Shown here piece by piece: positions 33,716 through 45,743 of a stretch of DNA of 64,000 nt. Numbering within the stretch: the first letter of the stretch is position 1; each line of letters starts with the position of its first letter. Under the pieces are notes generated by a model. The model was given only the letters and a program-made list of their open reading frames with translations. It was not told where the DNA came from and searched no databases. The DNA comes from Paraspadella gotoi (taxonomy: Eukaryota; Animalia; Chaetognatha), in assembly GCA_051294375.1 (NCBI GenBank), contig CM119263.1, positions 9,087,709 to 9,151,708 of the forward strand, given 5' to 3'. Made by a program: the position numbers and the translations under genes.

Positions 33716-33926
33716 ATGACGAAATCTAAAGAAGCGGCGCCGCCTGCCAAGCAGAGTTTCGGCGATTTTCTCTACAACCGACGAACGGGAGAAGTCCTGA
33801 GTCGGACGCCGGCCTCATGGGGCAAAATCGGCCTCTTCTACTTCCTTTACTACTCTGGCCTCGCCGCCTTCTTCGCCGCTCTCCTCGCCATCTTCCTCTA
33901 CGGGTTCACGGACGAATTTGCGCCGG
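33716..33926 (+). CDS. ATP1B: Na+/K+-ATPase beta subunit, coding exon 1 (cytoplasmic N-terminus and TM helix)
   Basis: MTKSKEAAPPAKQSFGDFLYNRRTGEVLSRTPASWGKIGLFYFLYYSGLAAFFAALLAIFLYGFTDEFAP matches the family motif FlyN..tGe.lgRT..SW..I..FY..yY. Donor G|gtgagc. Confidence 0.95.
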
Positions 33927-34540
33927 GTGAGCGGTGATTCGGTTAAGCATCGTGATTAGGTCGGTCGCTGAGTGAGCGGTGATTCGTTTGGGCGTCCTTT
34001 CATTGATAGAAAAAGTGAGTCCCGGGTTCTACCCCTGGGTATCCCCGCTCCTTCGTTAGACCTGGCATGATATGTATGTTTCAACGTGCCAGTGATAGCA
34101 AAATTTTCTGGCACTGATGGTACGAAGCCCCGCTACCAATGCAATTGGTAAGATAGTACCACGCGTCCCGCGCTCTGGTCGTCCCAGGCGAACTTACTAA
34201 TCTATAGTAGTTTATTTCATATCAAGAATTTGATACAGTATCACACATCAGCACAATTAAATTAAGTCTAACCCTACCCAAACAGAAAAGTAAATCGAAA
34301 ACAAACGTTAACAATAATGAGAGTATTTAAAAGTTATCGTACAAATAAATTAGCACATTATTTTCCCTTAACAATAATTTCTTTATAAATCGTTCATGAC
34401 CGCTTTGCAAAATCGTATAATATACTATCAAATGTCCCTCATTTTGGGCCAAGAAAGACTGCAAATTTAATTTGGTATCATTATGATTAGTTATTAAATT
34501 ACAAAACTAAACCCAATTACTTATCATTGAAATTCTCCAG

Positions 34541-34729
34541 TGCTGACGGGCAAACATTCTGTTCTTCCTGCCAATCCCTTCATGGGTTTTCAACCGATGC
34601 CCGATTCGGAGTTGACGCTCGTCCAATTCGAGATGGGCGACGAGAACTCGCAGACGCCCTTCATCAACGGCATGGAGGATTACTTGAAGACAGGGCAGGC
34701 GCCCGACCGGCCCGCCACCTCTTTAAAAA
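34541..34729 (+). CDS. ATP1B: Na+/K+-ATPase beta subunit, coding exon 2
   Basis: ctccag|(V)LTGKHSVLPANPFMGFQPMPDSELTLVQF...NGMEDYLK...SLK A|gtaagg; phase 1/1. Confidence 0.92.
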
Positions 34730-35322
34730 GTAAGGCTTGGTGTACAATAGTTTCAGAAGATCAATCTCACTAATTAATATATTTATAAAATTTATTTATA
34801 TAACTTATTAATTATATATATTATTAATTATATAACCCGCATATTTTGAGAAAGAGCGAATTATAAAAATTAAATACGGGCGTGTGGATACAACAAATTT
34901 CAGACTGAGAAATGATTTTATTCTCTAACGGATAAATAACAATAACAATGGAAAATGCTAAGTCTAAGAGAGACAATGGGTAAACGATTGATGGACAAAA
35001 CAAGGACAAGTTACAGAGTCGCGAAATCAGTCAATTCTTATGTTGAGGGAAGAGAGAGAGATAAAAGGTTACGTGTTGTTGTTGTTGTTGTTGTGCTTCC
35101 ACAGGCGTTTAAATAATGACACAAGAAATGAATAATTACATTGCTTTTTTTCAATACAAAGCCTTAAAACCGATTGTTAGATAACGCAATATTCAGTTTT
35201 CATATATAAACTGCAAGTCAATTGACTAATGGCTGTATAGTGTATATGTAGAATATGTAGCATAAGGAAAAACTAAGGATATTAGGTATATTAAACTTGT
35301 AGCAAGCTATCTTTCTAACTAG

Positions 35323-35465
35323 GCGTGAACTACTTGGAACCTGATGAAGCCGATTACCGTTCCGAAGCGGACTGTGAAGCAACGGACCCAGCTGACGTCA
35401 CGAGAGAGACGAAACCCTGCGCCTTCAACGTCTCCAAGCTCCCAGGCTTTTTGGACGCATGTCCG
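35323..35465 (+). CDS. ATP1B: Na+/K+-ATPase beta subunit, coding exon 3
   Basis: actag|(S)VNYLEPDEADYRSEADCEATDPADVTRETKPCAFNVSKLPGFLDACP|gtgagg; Cys1-3 and an NVS glycosylation sequon. Confidence 0.92.
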
Positions 35466-35527
35466 GTGAGGGAGAGAGAGAGAGACTCTCTCCTCTTTCT
35501 CTCTCTCTCTCTCCCTCTTTCTTCTCT

Positions 35528-35599
<72 letters not shown>

Positions 35600-35611
<12 letters not shown>

Positions 35612-37503
35612 GCGGACATGCGTCCAAAAAGCCTGGGAGCTTGGAGACGTTGAAGGGCCAGGGTTTCGTCTCTCTCGTGACGTCAGCTGGGTCCGTTGCT
35701 TCACAGTCCGCTTCGGAACGGTAATCGCTTCATCAGGTTCCAAGTAGTTCACGCCTAGTTAGAAAGATAGCTTGCTACAAGTTTAATATACCTAATATCC
35801 TTAGTTTTTCCTTATGCTACATATTCTACATATACACTATACAGCCATTAGTCAATTGACTTGCAGTTTATATATGAAACTGAATATTGCGTTATCTAAC
35901 AATCGGTTTTAAGCTTTGTATTGAAAAATGCAATGTAATTATTCAATTTCTTGTGTCATTATTAAACGCCTGTGGAAGCACAACAACAACAACAACAACA
36001 CGTAACCTTTTATCTCTCTCTCTCCCTCAACATAAGAATTGACTGATTTCGCGACTCTGTAACTTGTCCTTGTTTTGTCCATCAATCGTTTACCCATTGT
36101 CTCTCTTAGACTTAGCATTTTCCATTGTTATTGTTATTTTATCCGTTAGAGAATAAATCAATTCTCAGTCTGAATTTGTTGTATCCACACGCCCCGTAAT
36201 TTAATTTTTATAATTCGCTCTTTCTCAAATATGCGGGTTATATAATTAATAATATATATAATTAATAAGTTATATAAATAAATTTTAATAAATATATTAA
36301 TTAGTGAGATTGATCTTCTGAAACTATTGTACACCAAGCCTTACTTTTAAAGAGGTGGCGGGCCGGTCCGGGCGCCTGCCCTGTCTTCAAGTAATCCTCA
36401 TGCCAGTTGATGAAGGGCGTCTGCGAGTTCTCGTCGCCCATCTCGAATTGGACGAGCGTCACATCCGAATCGGGCATGGTTGAAAACCCATGAAGGGATT
36501 GGCAGGAAGAACAGAATGTTTGCCCGTCAGCACTGGAGAATTTCAATGATAAGTAATTGGTTTATTGTTTTGTAATTTAATAACTAATCATAATGATACC
36601 AAATTAAATTTGCAGTCTTTCTTGGCCCAAAATGAGGGACATTTGATAGTAATATTATACGATTTTGCAAAGGCGGTCATGAAACGATTTATAAAGAAAT
36701 TATTGTTAAGGGGAAAATAATGTGCTAATTTATTTGTACGATAACTTTTAAATACTCCATTATTGTTAACGTTTGTTTTCGATTTACTTTCTGTTTGGGT
36801 AGGTAGACTAATTTAATTGTGCTGATGTGTGATACTGTATCAAATTCTTGATATGAATAAACTACTATAGATTAGTAAGTTCGCCTGGGACGACCAGAGC
36901 GCGGACGCGTGGTACTATCTTACCAATTGCATTGGTAGCGGGGCTTCGTACCATCAGTGCCAGAAAATTTTGCTATCACTGGCACGTTGAAACATACATA
37001 TCATGCCAGGTCTAACGAAGGAGCGGGGATACCCAGGGGTAGAACCGGGACTCACTTTTTCTATCAATGAAAGGACGCCCAAACGATCACCGCTCACTCA
37101 GCGACCGACCTAATCACGATGCTTAACCGAATCACCGCTCAGCCCGGCGCAATTCGTCCGTGAACCCGTAGAGGAAGATGGCGAGGAAGAGCGGCGAAGA
37201 AGGCGGCGAGGCCAGAGTAGTAAAGGAAGTAGAAGAGGCGATTTTGCCCCATGAGGCGGGCGTCCGACTCAGACTTCTCCCGTTCGTCGGTTGTAGAGAA
37301 AATCGCCGAAACTCTGCTTGGCAGGCGGCGCCCGTTTCTTTATATTTCGTCATGAACATCGGGTCTGGGATGGGAAAAGAAATTATTAGAATAAAATTAA
37401 TTGATATAATTAAAATGGGGTAAAACAAGTTTTAGTTTGTAATGAAATTATCAATTTAATGACAAGTTTGGGGGAGAGAGAGAGAGAGAGAGAGAGAAGA
37501 GAG

Positions 37504-37562
<59 letters not shown>

Positions 37563-37836
37563 TGCGATGCCACGCAGGGCGAGGGATTTAAATTGGTTTC
37601 TAATGCAGTTAAAACTTGAAACTTGAAGACCAAAGTGTTTGATTTCATTGCTTTAACTAAAATTCGAACGAACAAAATTTTCAGAGCTTGGCGATCCTAA
37701 AAACTTTTTTTTTTCATTGTTTAGCGAAACGAATTAAATTTGGAATCGTGAGGACAGGAAAACCGCAGTTCAAAGAGCGCAAATACTTAAATCGCTCGAC
37801 GAATTATCGATTCATTCCCGATTTAAATAAACGGCG

Positions 37837-37898
<62 letters not shown>

Positions 37899-38463
37899 TG
37901 TGTGTGATTTAGCAACAAACAGTTAGGACTAAACAGTTTTCAAACTTCTCAGTGCCGATGCATCAAAATTCGTCGTCAGAACAGGTTTTTTTTTATTGTT
38001 TGCTGTCCGGGATTCTGTCGACGAAGACGACGACGACGATGATAATGATGATGATGACAAAAGGAATTCAGTGGCTCAAATTCTTCTTTTCTCTTTTCTC
38101 GATATTTCTTTTGTTTTCAATTAAATTTCAATCCATAGTTTGTCTTTGTTCTCTTTTGAAAGTTTTTTTTTTTCACTTTGTCATCTCCTTTTTTGCGCCT
38201 TTTAATAAATAAGAATATAAAATTGAAGATTTAAAAGATTGTCCAAAATCCGTTTGTTATTTAGTAGTTAGTAATATTCGAAAATAGAGATTTCAGACAC
38301 GCCAAGTTTTGGGAATTGGAACCAAAGGTCTTCGTTTTTCTTCTTCAACTCGAATACTCGTTAAATTATCAGTTGAGATTATCTTTTAAAAAAAGTCGCC
38401 ATTTCATAAAACGCCGTGGCAAGAAACTTGGCCACTGGCTTCGCAGAGGAGAGAAGAGAAGAG

Positions 38464-38495
<32 letters not shown>

Positions 38496-41134
38496 TAGAG
38501 AGAGAGAAGAGAGTTAAAATAAAGCGCTTTCACGTCTTCGCCTAAGGCAAGGGTCGAGAGCTGTCTGGTGCCGCAGCTTCTACCCCGACACCTTGTCCCA
38601 GTTCCACGTGCGAATACGTTATTCGTGTAGGCGCATGCGAGTTTTGCAAAATATTCAATTTCGATGTCCAGTTCCAGTCGTATCAAATCTCCGCAGCTAA
38701 ATTAATTTTTCCCAGTCTCGTCAGTCAATTCATGTTCTTAGAATTTCTCCGGTTCATTTCCTTCTCTGGGCTTCCGAGTTACTCGGCGGAGCGAGTAATA
38801 AGTTTCTTTTCGGTCGTCGTTCTGTTGGTCTGTCTTTTTGTTTATCAGTATATCTACTAATATTTTAAATGCTTATAATTTAGATATACCATATTGCTTT
38901 TTATTAATACTTAGTAGTGAGATAATACATATTACGGCAATATATGTTTCCATACTTATAAAGTCATGTGGTTATCGAAAGTACGTTTATAAAAAATAGG
39001 TACTGCGGCGCAACACTTTGAACTGGCCCGTCCTTGATTTTAGAATTTCGCGCAAAAGGCAAAGGTTTTGATTATACAATATACAAATCCTTTATTGAGA
39101 TATAAAATATTAAATAAAGATTTTTATAAATTATAAAATACTGGAATTTATATTTTTTAAAATTCTTATCATTATATGGATACGGGTATTTGAATCAACG
39201 ATACTATTTCTTTCAAAGTCATCAAATCCAAGATTTCAAAAGCATTTATTTTATTTTATTTCGTCTTTAATTTCGATTATCAATTTGATTTTTTCTATTT
39301 AAAAAAATGTATTTCTTCTTTGCTTTTCTTTGAAAGATTTTAAGATCTTCGACAAGCTTGTCTGATTTTCTCGTTCTACGAGAGAAGCGGGCTCAAGATG
39401 AGAAGAGGCTCGCTTTAAAATATTTTTTAGTTTTTTTAGCTTTCAAGTGATTTTAAGAATTTTTTCGTAAAAAGTTGAGAAAATCCAATTCTCAATGTTT
39501 TCTCCCGTTTTTTTAAATCGTTCGTTTATTTCCTTTTTTTTTTGGAATCGTAGAGCAAAACAAAATCTGGAAAATATTTACGAGAGTAAAAAATGAGAAT
39601 CTTATGATATATTCACTTTTTCTTTCAATCAATCTTATTTCTTTAGGTTAAAACCTAATAGTACTATCTAGGAAAAAGTATATACAACATTTTTGAAAAG
39701 TTTTATTTATTTCCAATAAAAATATAACAAAATATGGGTAAACATTTCAATATTTTGGTATGTCCCTTCTTGCATCGACCTACTCCCTACATTTGCCTTT
39801 AGCATTGCCAAATTAAAAAAAGCATTAAATCGATTCAAAATTAAAAAAAAAAACTAAATATCAAATATGGTGGAAAAACTAAATTGACTTTTTTTCCGCC
39901 ATTTTTTTATTTGAAGTCGCGATATTTTTTTGTCTGTAACTTCTAACGATTTGACCTATGAAAAAAGGAAGGAAGCTACTGAAAAGTAATTCAATATAGG
40001 TCTATAAATTAAAATTTTTTAAATCAAACAAGTTCTCGAGTAGTATATCCTTTACTAAAAAATGTGACATAATTTTCCTAGATGGTAATAATTATCTGTT
40101 AGAAGAACTTTCCTGGATTTTTAAAAAAATATATTTTTAACGAATTCAATAAATTCAAAAATTAATAAAAAAAATTTGTAATTTCCACACGAAGAATTCT
40201 TTCTCGTTCTTAACGTCCGTCTTTCTCGCCGGCGTGGCTCCGAAGAGCTAGTTATCTCTATCGTAATTGTCAAGAAATAAAGGAGAGGAATCGTAAAATG
40301 TTAAGCGAGGCCTTAATTTTCCGTTGAAGTTTACAACGTTAAATAAGAGAGAATTGATAAATAAAAGCGGAAAATCAAACAAAAGAAACTCCCGTCATTT
40401 AAATCACGTAGCGGCGGTTTTTACTCTCGGTGCAGGAGGGTGATTTGGAACTGAATTAATGTTGAACTGACGTGATTAATACAACATATCAACAATTCTC
40501 GAGCAAAAAAACTTAAGCGTAAACATAAAGAATAATTTAACTATCTTCTTTTCTCGATGACGATATTCTGACTGTCAGATAATAAACATAACTCCTCGTG
40601 AATTATGTAGAACATTGCTCCTGACTAAGTTTTGTAATATAAATTTAAACTTAATTTTAATTTAATTTCTTTACAACTTTAATGTAAGTAGCCTACAATG
40701 GTAGATCTTTGAAACAAGTGTTAGTATTCTTCAAGAACATATTATTGATAGTTGTAGGCAAAAGTTTCTCGTACGAGTCATTTGTTTTCAAGTCCTATTT
40801 TTGAACTGACATCACTTACAAAAATGATTACGATAATTTTTGGCCATAAACTCTAGTTAGAGGAGAGAAAGGGAAACACATAATTTTCCTTTGTTCGCAT
40901 TTATTATAACTAAGTTATGTGTTGAACTTTATAATTATAAATTTTTTTTTAAATAATTTAAGATATTAATTTTAGGCTGCAGAAAACTAGTACAAATCAA
41001 AATTATACATATTGATTCAATAAATTAGCAAACTTTGCCGTGACTTTGGATAAATAGAAACCGCGCGTCCATTATGAAACAGGACAAGGCCTCCATTCCC
41101 TTAAAAGATAATATAAAGCATAGAAGAAACAATA
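35600..41134 (-). repeat. ~5.5-kb inverted copy of ~27350-32820, including reversed ATP1B exons 1-3 (35612-37353); folds back at a (GA)n/(CT)n switch near 35485
   Basis: The sequence after the CT run is the reverse complement of the sequence before it. The distal end (41072-41134) mirrors 27350-27413. It shares indels with the 31062 copy (ccgcgtgagg, gaagcgatt, catgagga) and becomes noisier toward the 25-N gap at 41135. Confidence 0.92.
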
Positions 41135-41253
41135 NNNNNNNNNNNNNNNNNNNNNNNNNAGAGAGAGAGATGCTGTTAATTACATTATCTCTTATTATTG
41201 GGTTGGGTTGTTACACTCATTTTCTTTCCTTCTCCTCCCATCTCGTCCATCAG

Positions 41254-41371
41254 CGCCAAGACTTTGGGTTCAAAAGCGGCAAACCCTGTCTCGCCATCAA
41301 ATTGAATCGCATCTACGAATTCTTGCCGGAAATCAAAGATGGCGGCAAAGAAGTCATCGTCAAGTGCCAGG
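41254..41371 (+). CDS. ATP1B: Na+/K+-ATPase beta subunit, coding exon 4
   Basis: catcag|RQDFGFKSGKPCLAIKLNRIYEFLPEIKDGGKEVIVKCQ G|gtgaag; hallmark FG...GKPC..IKLNRI..F.P motif. Confidence 0.95.
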
Positions 41372-41430
41372 GTGAAGTATAAAATTTACGACACTGGTTG
41401 TTTTATACAATTTTTTGGAAACATGGGGTG

Positions 41431-41702
41431 CACTATAAGAGCTTAGTATGGTGGATGACGGAAAATATCACAGGGCCTCGCTATCGAGCCAGAACGACTA
41501 CACTATAAGAGCTTATTAGGGTGGATGATGGAAAATATCACAGGCCCTCGCTATCGAGCCAGAACGATTACACTATAAGAGCTTAGTAGGGTGGATAATG
41601 GAAAATATTACAGGGCCTCGCTATCGAGCCAGAACGATTACACTATAAGAGCTTAGTTGGGTGGATGACGGAAAATATCACAGGGCCTCGCTATCGAGCC
41701 AG
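41431..41702 (+). repeat. 70-bp minisatellite, ~3.9 copies, in ATP1B intron 4 (also at ~33208-33480 and ~50918-51187)
   Basis: Units start at 41431, 41501, 41571 and 41641: cactataagagcttagtagggtggatgacggaaaatatcacagggcctcgctatcgagccagaacgatta. Confidence 0.95.
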
Positions 41703-41788
41703 TTGTTAGGCAGCTGGTGAGATCTTGAATCTCAAATCAACGCTCTCATCATATCTTCGCTCTCTCTTCCTTCACTCTTCATCCTCAG

Positions 41789-42060
41789 GCGAACACATCG
41801 CCGACAAAGACAACGTCGGCACTGATATCGAGTACTGGCCAAAGAGCGCCGACGGCAGCGGCGGCGCCATCAAACGTCACTTCTTTCCTTACTTGGGTCA
41901 GCGCGGCTACATGACGCCCCTTGTCTTCGTCAAGTTCAACTCGCTGCAGACCAACGTGCTGCTGCAGATAGTTTGCGAACCCGTCAACCTCGAGAACGAG
42001 AGCATCCCAGACTACGATAAGGGCAAGGCCCACTTTGAGATTTTCGTCGTCAAAAATTAA
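41789..42060 (+). CDS. ATP1B: Na+/K+-ATPase beta subunit, final exon
   Basis: cctcag|(G)EHIADKDNVGTDIEYWP...FFPYLGQRGYMTPLVFVKF...IVCEP...KGKAHFEIFVVKN*. The five exons sum to 211+189+143+118+272 = 933 nt, i.e. 310 aa plus stop, with six ectodomain cysteines. Confidence 0.95.
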
Positions 42061-43530
42061 AATTCCATTACATTTTTTTTTTCGGCAACTTTTTAAATAA
42101 AGTTACTAGGCGAGGCTTTTTTTTTCGTTTTTGTTACATTATTAGCTTTGTACTTATTTAGATTCATCAATTTTATCTTTTCTCGTGAACATTGCGGTGA
42201 TTCGTTAAAATTGGATTTTTACGCAAAATGTTTTGCCATAAGTGTCTTGTCTTTTCATAGGATCTTTATATTTTCTATCTTTTTGCTTTTGAAAAAAAAA
42301 ACGGTTGTAATTTTTGGTTCATGAATTTGTATATTTCATCGTTAAGTTTTGTTGAAATACAACGCAAAAGCAAAACAGATAATTTTTTATTGTCTCTTCT
42401 GCAGGCATATTGCAAATAAATCGTATATGCAATTGTAAGAACAATGTATTTTTGTTAAGAGTGTTAAAATAAAATTATTTAGTTTATCGCTTTACGAGAA
42501 GGGCCAGTAAATATTAGTATTATTATTACATATCTGAGTATATTTTGTTTTCTTTTCGTCAAAAGAGGGCAGTACTAGCCATCCTACGTTTAAAACATAA
42601 ACGTTCAAAACAAATGCCCATTCGCGTTGGATTTACCCCTGATTTACACTCGATTTACCTTTCGTATAGTCCACGTTGATTAATAAGCATATGTAGGTAT
42701 TATTTAATACCGGAGACGATGCGGAACCCGAGAGTACTCTTATCCAAAACGAAATCGTCGGTCGCTAAAGGATCGACGAAAGTCGAAACGGTTAAATATG
42801 TTTTTCCATAAAATAATAAAAACTATAAACAACAACAATGAAAATTGGAAAAATTATTAATTTTTTGGGGGCTTTGAAAATACCTCCCAGCTGTATTTTC
42901 TTCAATTTTGACACTCTGGCTCAATGAGTAATGCCGATCACAATCACTTACCAACCGTAAGGGAAGCGTGGGCATTGGGCAAGCTTACGTTCGCTTGGGG
43001 GGCTTGGAAACCCACCAAGCTTGATTGCATTGCTTATTAATATAACTATTATTTGACCTCCCTCGTCTTTTATTTTCTTTGACAAAGTGATTTACATCTC
43101 TCAGGATAGTGATAAATAAAAAAAGAACAAATGATTAAATGCCTATTGCCTGGTGTAAATGCTTTTATACTATTTTATTTACTATTTAGAATAGACGAAA
43201 CGATCGAATAATCAGAAAAACTTGTCCTTGTATTCGACAGGAGTTAATGAATTCAGGTTTCTTCAGTAAATGCACTGCAAGTCGCTCATTTCTTTAAATT
43301 ACTGTCTTTTTGTAAACCTAGCTCCACCTAACGTTTGACTTTCGCTATTATTTTCAAAATACTAAAACAAAGCACGCGATTCAGGGGAAGATTCACATTT
43401 ATTACGTCAGGACGTACATATCTATAATACATTATGATATATTATCACGTAGTGACGAAAAAGCTTGATGCACGATTTTCATATTAATAATAATATCGTC
43501 AAAAATCCCTGGAAGCCTTTCGGTATCTTG

Positions 43531-43654
<124 letters not shown>

Positions 43655-44409
43655 AACAAAGGAATTATTATTTGATTACATAAGATGTCTTTTGCTTATT
43701 CATGTAAGAAATTCTTAGATTTCTTCTCGGCTTTATATTAATTTGTCTAAAAATAATTGGATTTTTCAACTCGTGAGGGCGTAGGTAGTAAAACGGCTTT
43801 GAAAAGAAAGCCTTCTCTTCGTGGATCTAAAAAATTAAGAGAATTTCAACTCTTTATTAACTGCTAACTTTGATTGATACAAATTCTTATAATAATGTTA
43901 CGTCGAGGACACATTGTTAACTTAAAACTTGAAAACAATCCTTTCTTTCGTGTGTATAACGCTTATTAATTTACTCAAAAAATTCGTTTCATAATTAAAA
44001 ACTAAATTAGGGAAAAATGTTCGAAAGATTCAAAAGTCATATAACTGTTCTTAACGGAGGGACTTGTCTTTATGGCACATTAAACTCGGTAGATCAATTT
44101 CAATTTGTTAAAAAAAAAAAATAATAATAATAATAATTAAAAATTCCGCGGAACGAATTCGTTTGTTTATAACTTAACAGAATCATCTACTATCGACGAG
44201 AAGCGGGATGTCAGACTACGACGGTCACAAGAAAGCGACGGAATCATCTACTTATCGTAATTATAATATTAAAAAAAAAAAAAGAAGATTATTCCCGGTG
44301 GGGAAGGATGCCTCCAGGGGAGGAAGAAAAATTGAATATCAGGCGGAGGGGTGGACCAAGAATTAGAGAGGGGAGGGGAAAAAGGAAGCCTTTTGCTCTC
44401 CGACTTGTC

Positions 44410-44440
<31 letters not shown>

Positions 44441-44454
44441 AAGAGAGAGAGAGG

Positions 44455-44493
<39 letters not shown>

Positions 44494-44640
44494 GATTAGC
44501 GTTTAGAGTTGACGAAACTTTGGGGTCCCCAGACGAATCGGCCGTCCAGGAAGGATGACGGCGAAAATGACGTCAATGTTGACGTCACCGGCGCCGGTAT
44601 TGACGTTACCGGCGCTCGAAAGCCCGTCATCGCTGTCCTC

Positions 44641-44744
44641 TCAGTAGTGCTCGTCGAGAGAGATTTCTGGGGATCCGTTGTAGTCGTCCTGAATGTCGCT
44701 GTCGCTACCGGGACCGCTGCCGATGTGAATCGAGTGTCCAGAAT
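44641..44744 (-). CDS. NKX6: Nkx6-class gene, probable terminal exon (D)SGHSIHIGSGPGSDSDIQDDYNGSPEISLDEHY*
   Basis: cctag|ATTCTGG... is phase-compatible with the donor at 45306. DDYN....S.DE echoes the Nkx6 C-terminal DDDYNKPLDPNSDDE motif. Confidence 0.7.
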
Positions 44745-45306
44745 CTAGGATATTTGGAAGGAAATCTCGAATGAAGATCATTGAAAATCAATTTGAAATT
44801 TTTCTTGTCTGCGGTACACATTATTTCGGTTTCAATGAATAAATGACTCACGAAAAATCAATAAATTTCATCATAAAAATTAAAAGTTAAAACCCCATAG
44901 GCATAACACAACTTTTTTAATGTTTGCTTGAAATTTCAAGGAATCTTAGGAATCTTTTTATTGCTTAAGTGTTTGAGAGAATTTATGCGTTAGATTCTTT
45001 AGTTTTATTTTAAATGATTTGTCGGGACATTTTTTTCACTATTTAAAAACTCGATTGTCCCTTTTTTGTCGCCTTTATTGGTTTAAGTTTTGTAACCGCT
45101 TCTCTTTCTTTCTTGACGTTTATTATTGTAGACGCTAAAAACCGCTTTGGAATGAAAAGTTTCACATCCCTCGTAAATACATTTACGTTCATAATCTTTG
45201 TTCTTTCGTTTAGCTATAAATTAACCTAGAGTTGTTTATTGTTCTATAATTCATTTTTTTAAAGGTTTCACTCGGAATGGCCTTTTGTTCTCGCCCGGTT
45301 TCGCAC

Positions 45307-45418
45307 CTGCGCCGCCAGGGCCGTCGATGTCGACCTCCATGTCCTGCTTCTTTTTCGCCGTCGCCATTTCCGCCGCGTGCTTTTTCCTCCATTTGGTTCG
45401 TCGATTTTGAAACCAGAC
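45307..45418 (-). CDS. NKX6: Nkx6-class homeobox gene, exon with homeodomain helix 3
   Basis: tttcag|[38 protein letters not shown]|gtgcga. [25 protein letters not shown] is the Nkx6/HGTX signature, and the intron before VWFQ is at the usual position. Confidence 0.93.
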
Positions 45419-45707
45419 CTGAAAATTCGAGATAACAAAAAATACATCAATCAAAAACACTTGAGTATATTTTTCTCTTATATCACTCTTCCGCTTTTAA
45501 AAATTATATTCTTCTTGATTATATATAGCCGAATTACGTGTCGCTTGAATGAGTAATTTTTAAGAAAAAGTCGTAAAAAGAGAATTACCGCGTATAATAG
45601 AAAATAATAGACTTTTTTCGATTTTGAACATTTTTTTCACTTTTTTTGGCAACTCTCCCACTTCTGACATGTCAACTGTCAATTATCGAGCCGCTTCGTC
45701 GAGCCAG

Positions 45708-45743
<36 letters not shown>

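Noticed and set aside
34105-34200. Hammerhead or HDV-like ribozyme (ctgatgg..cgaag; gcgaacttac)
   Set aside because: The core lacks CUGANGA/GAAA, and the P3/L3/P1 order required for an HDV fold cannot be formed.
41431-41702. CRISPR-like array
   Set aside because: Units are head-to-tail 70-bp repeats with no unique spacers, inside a spliceosomal intron, and there are no cas genes.
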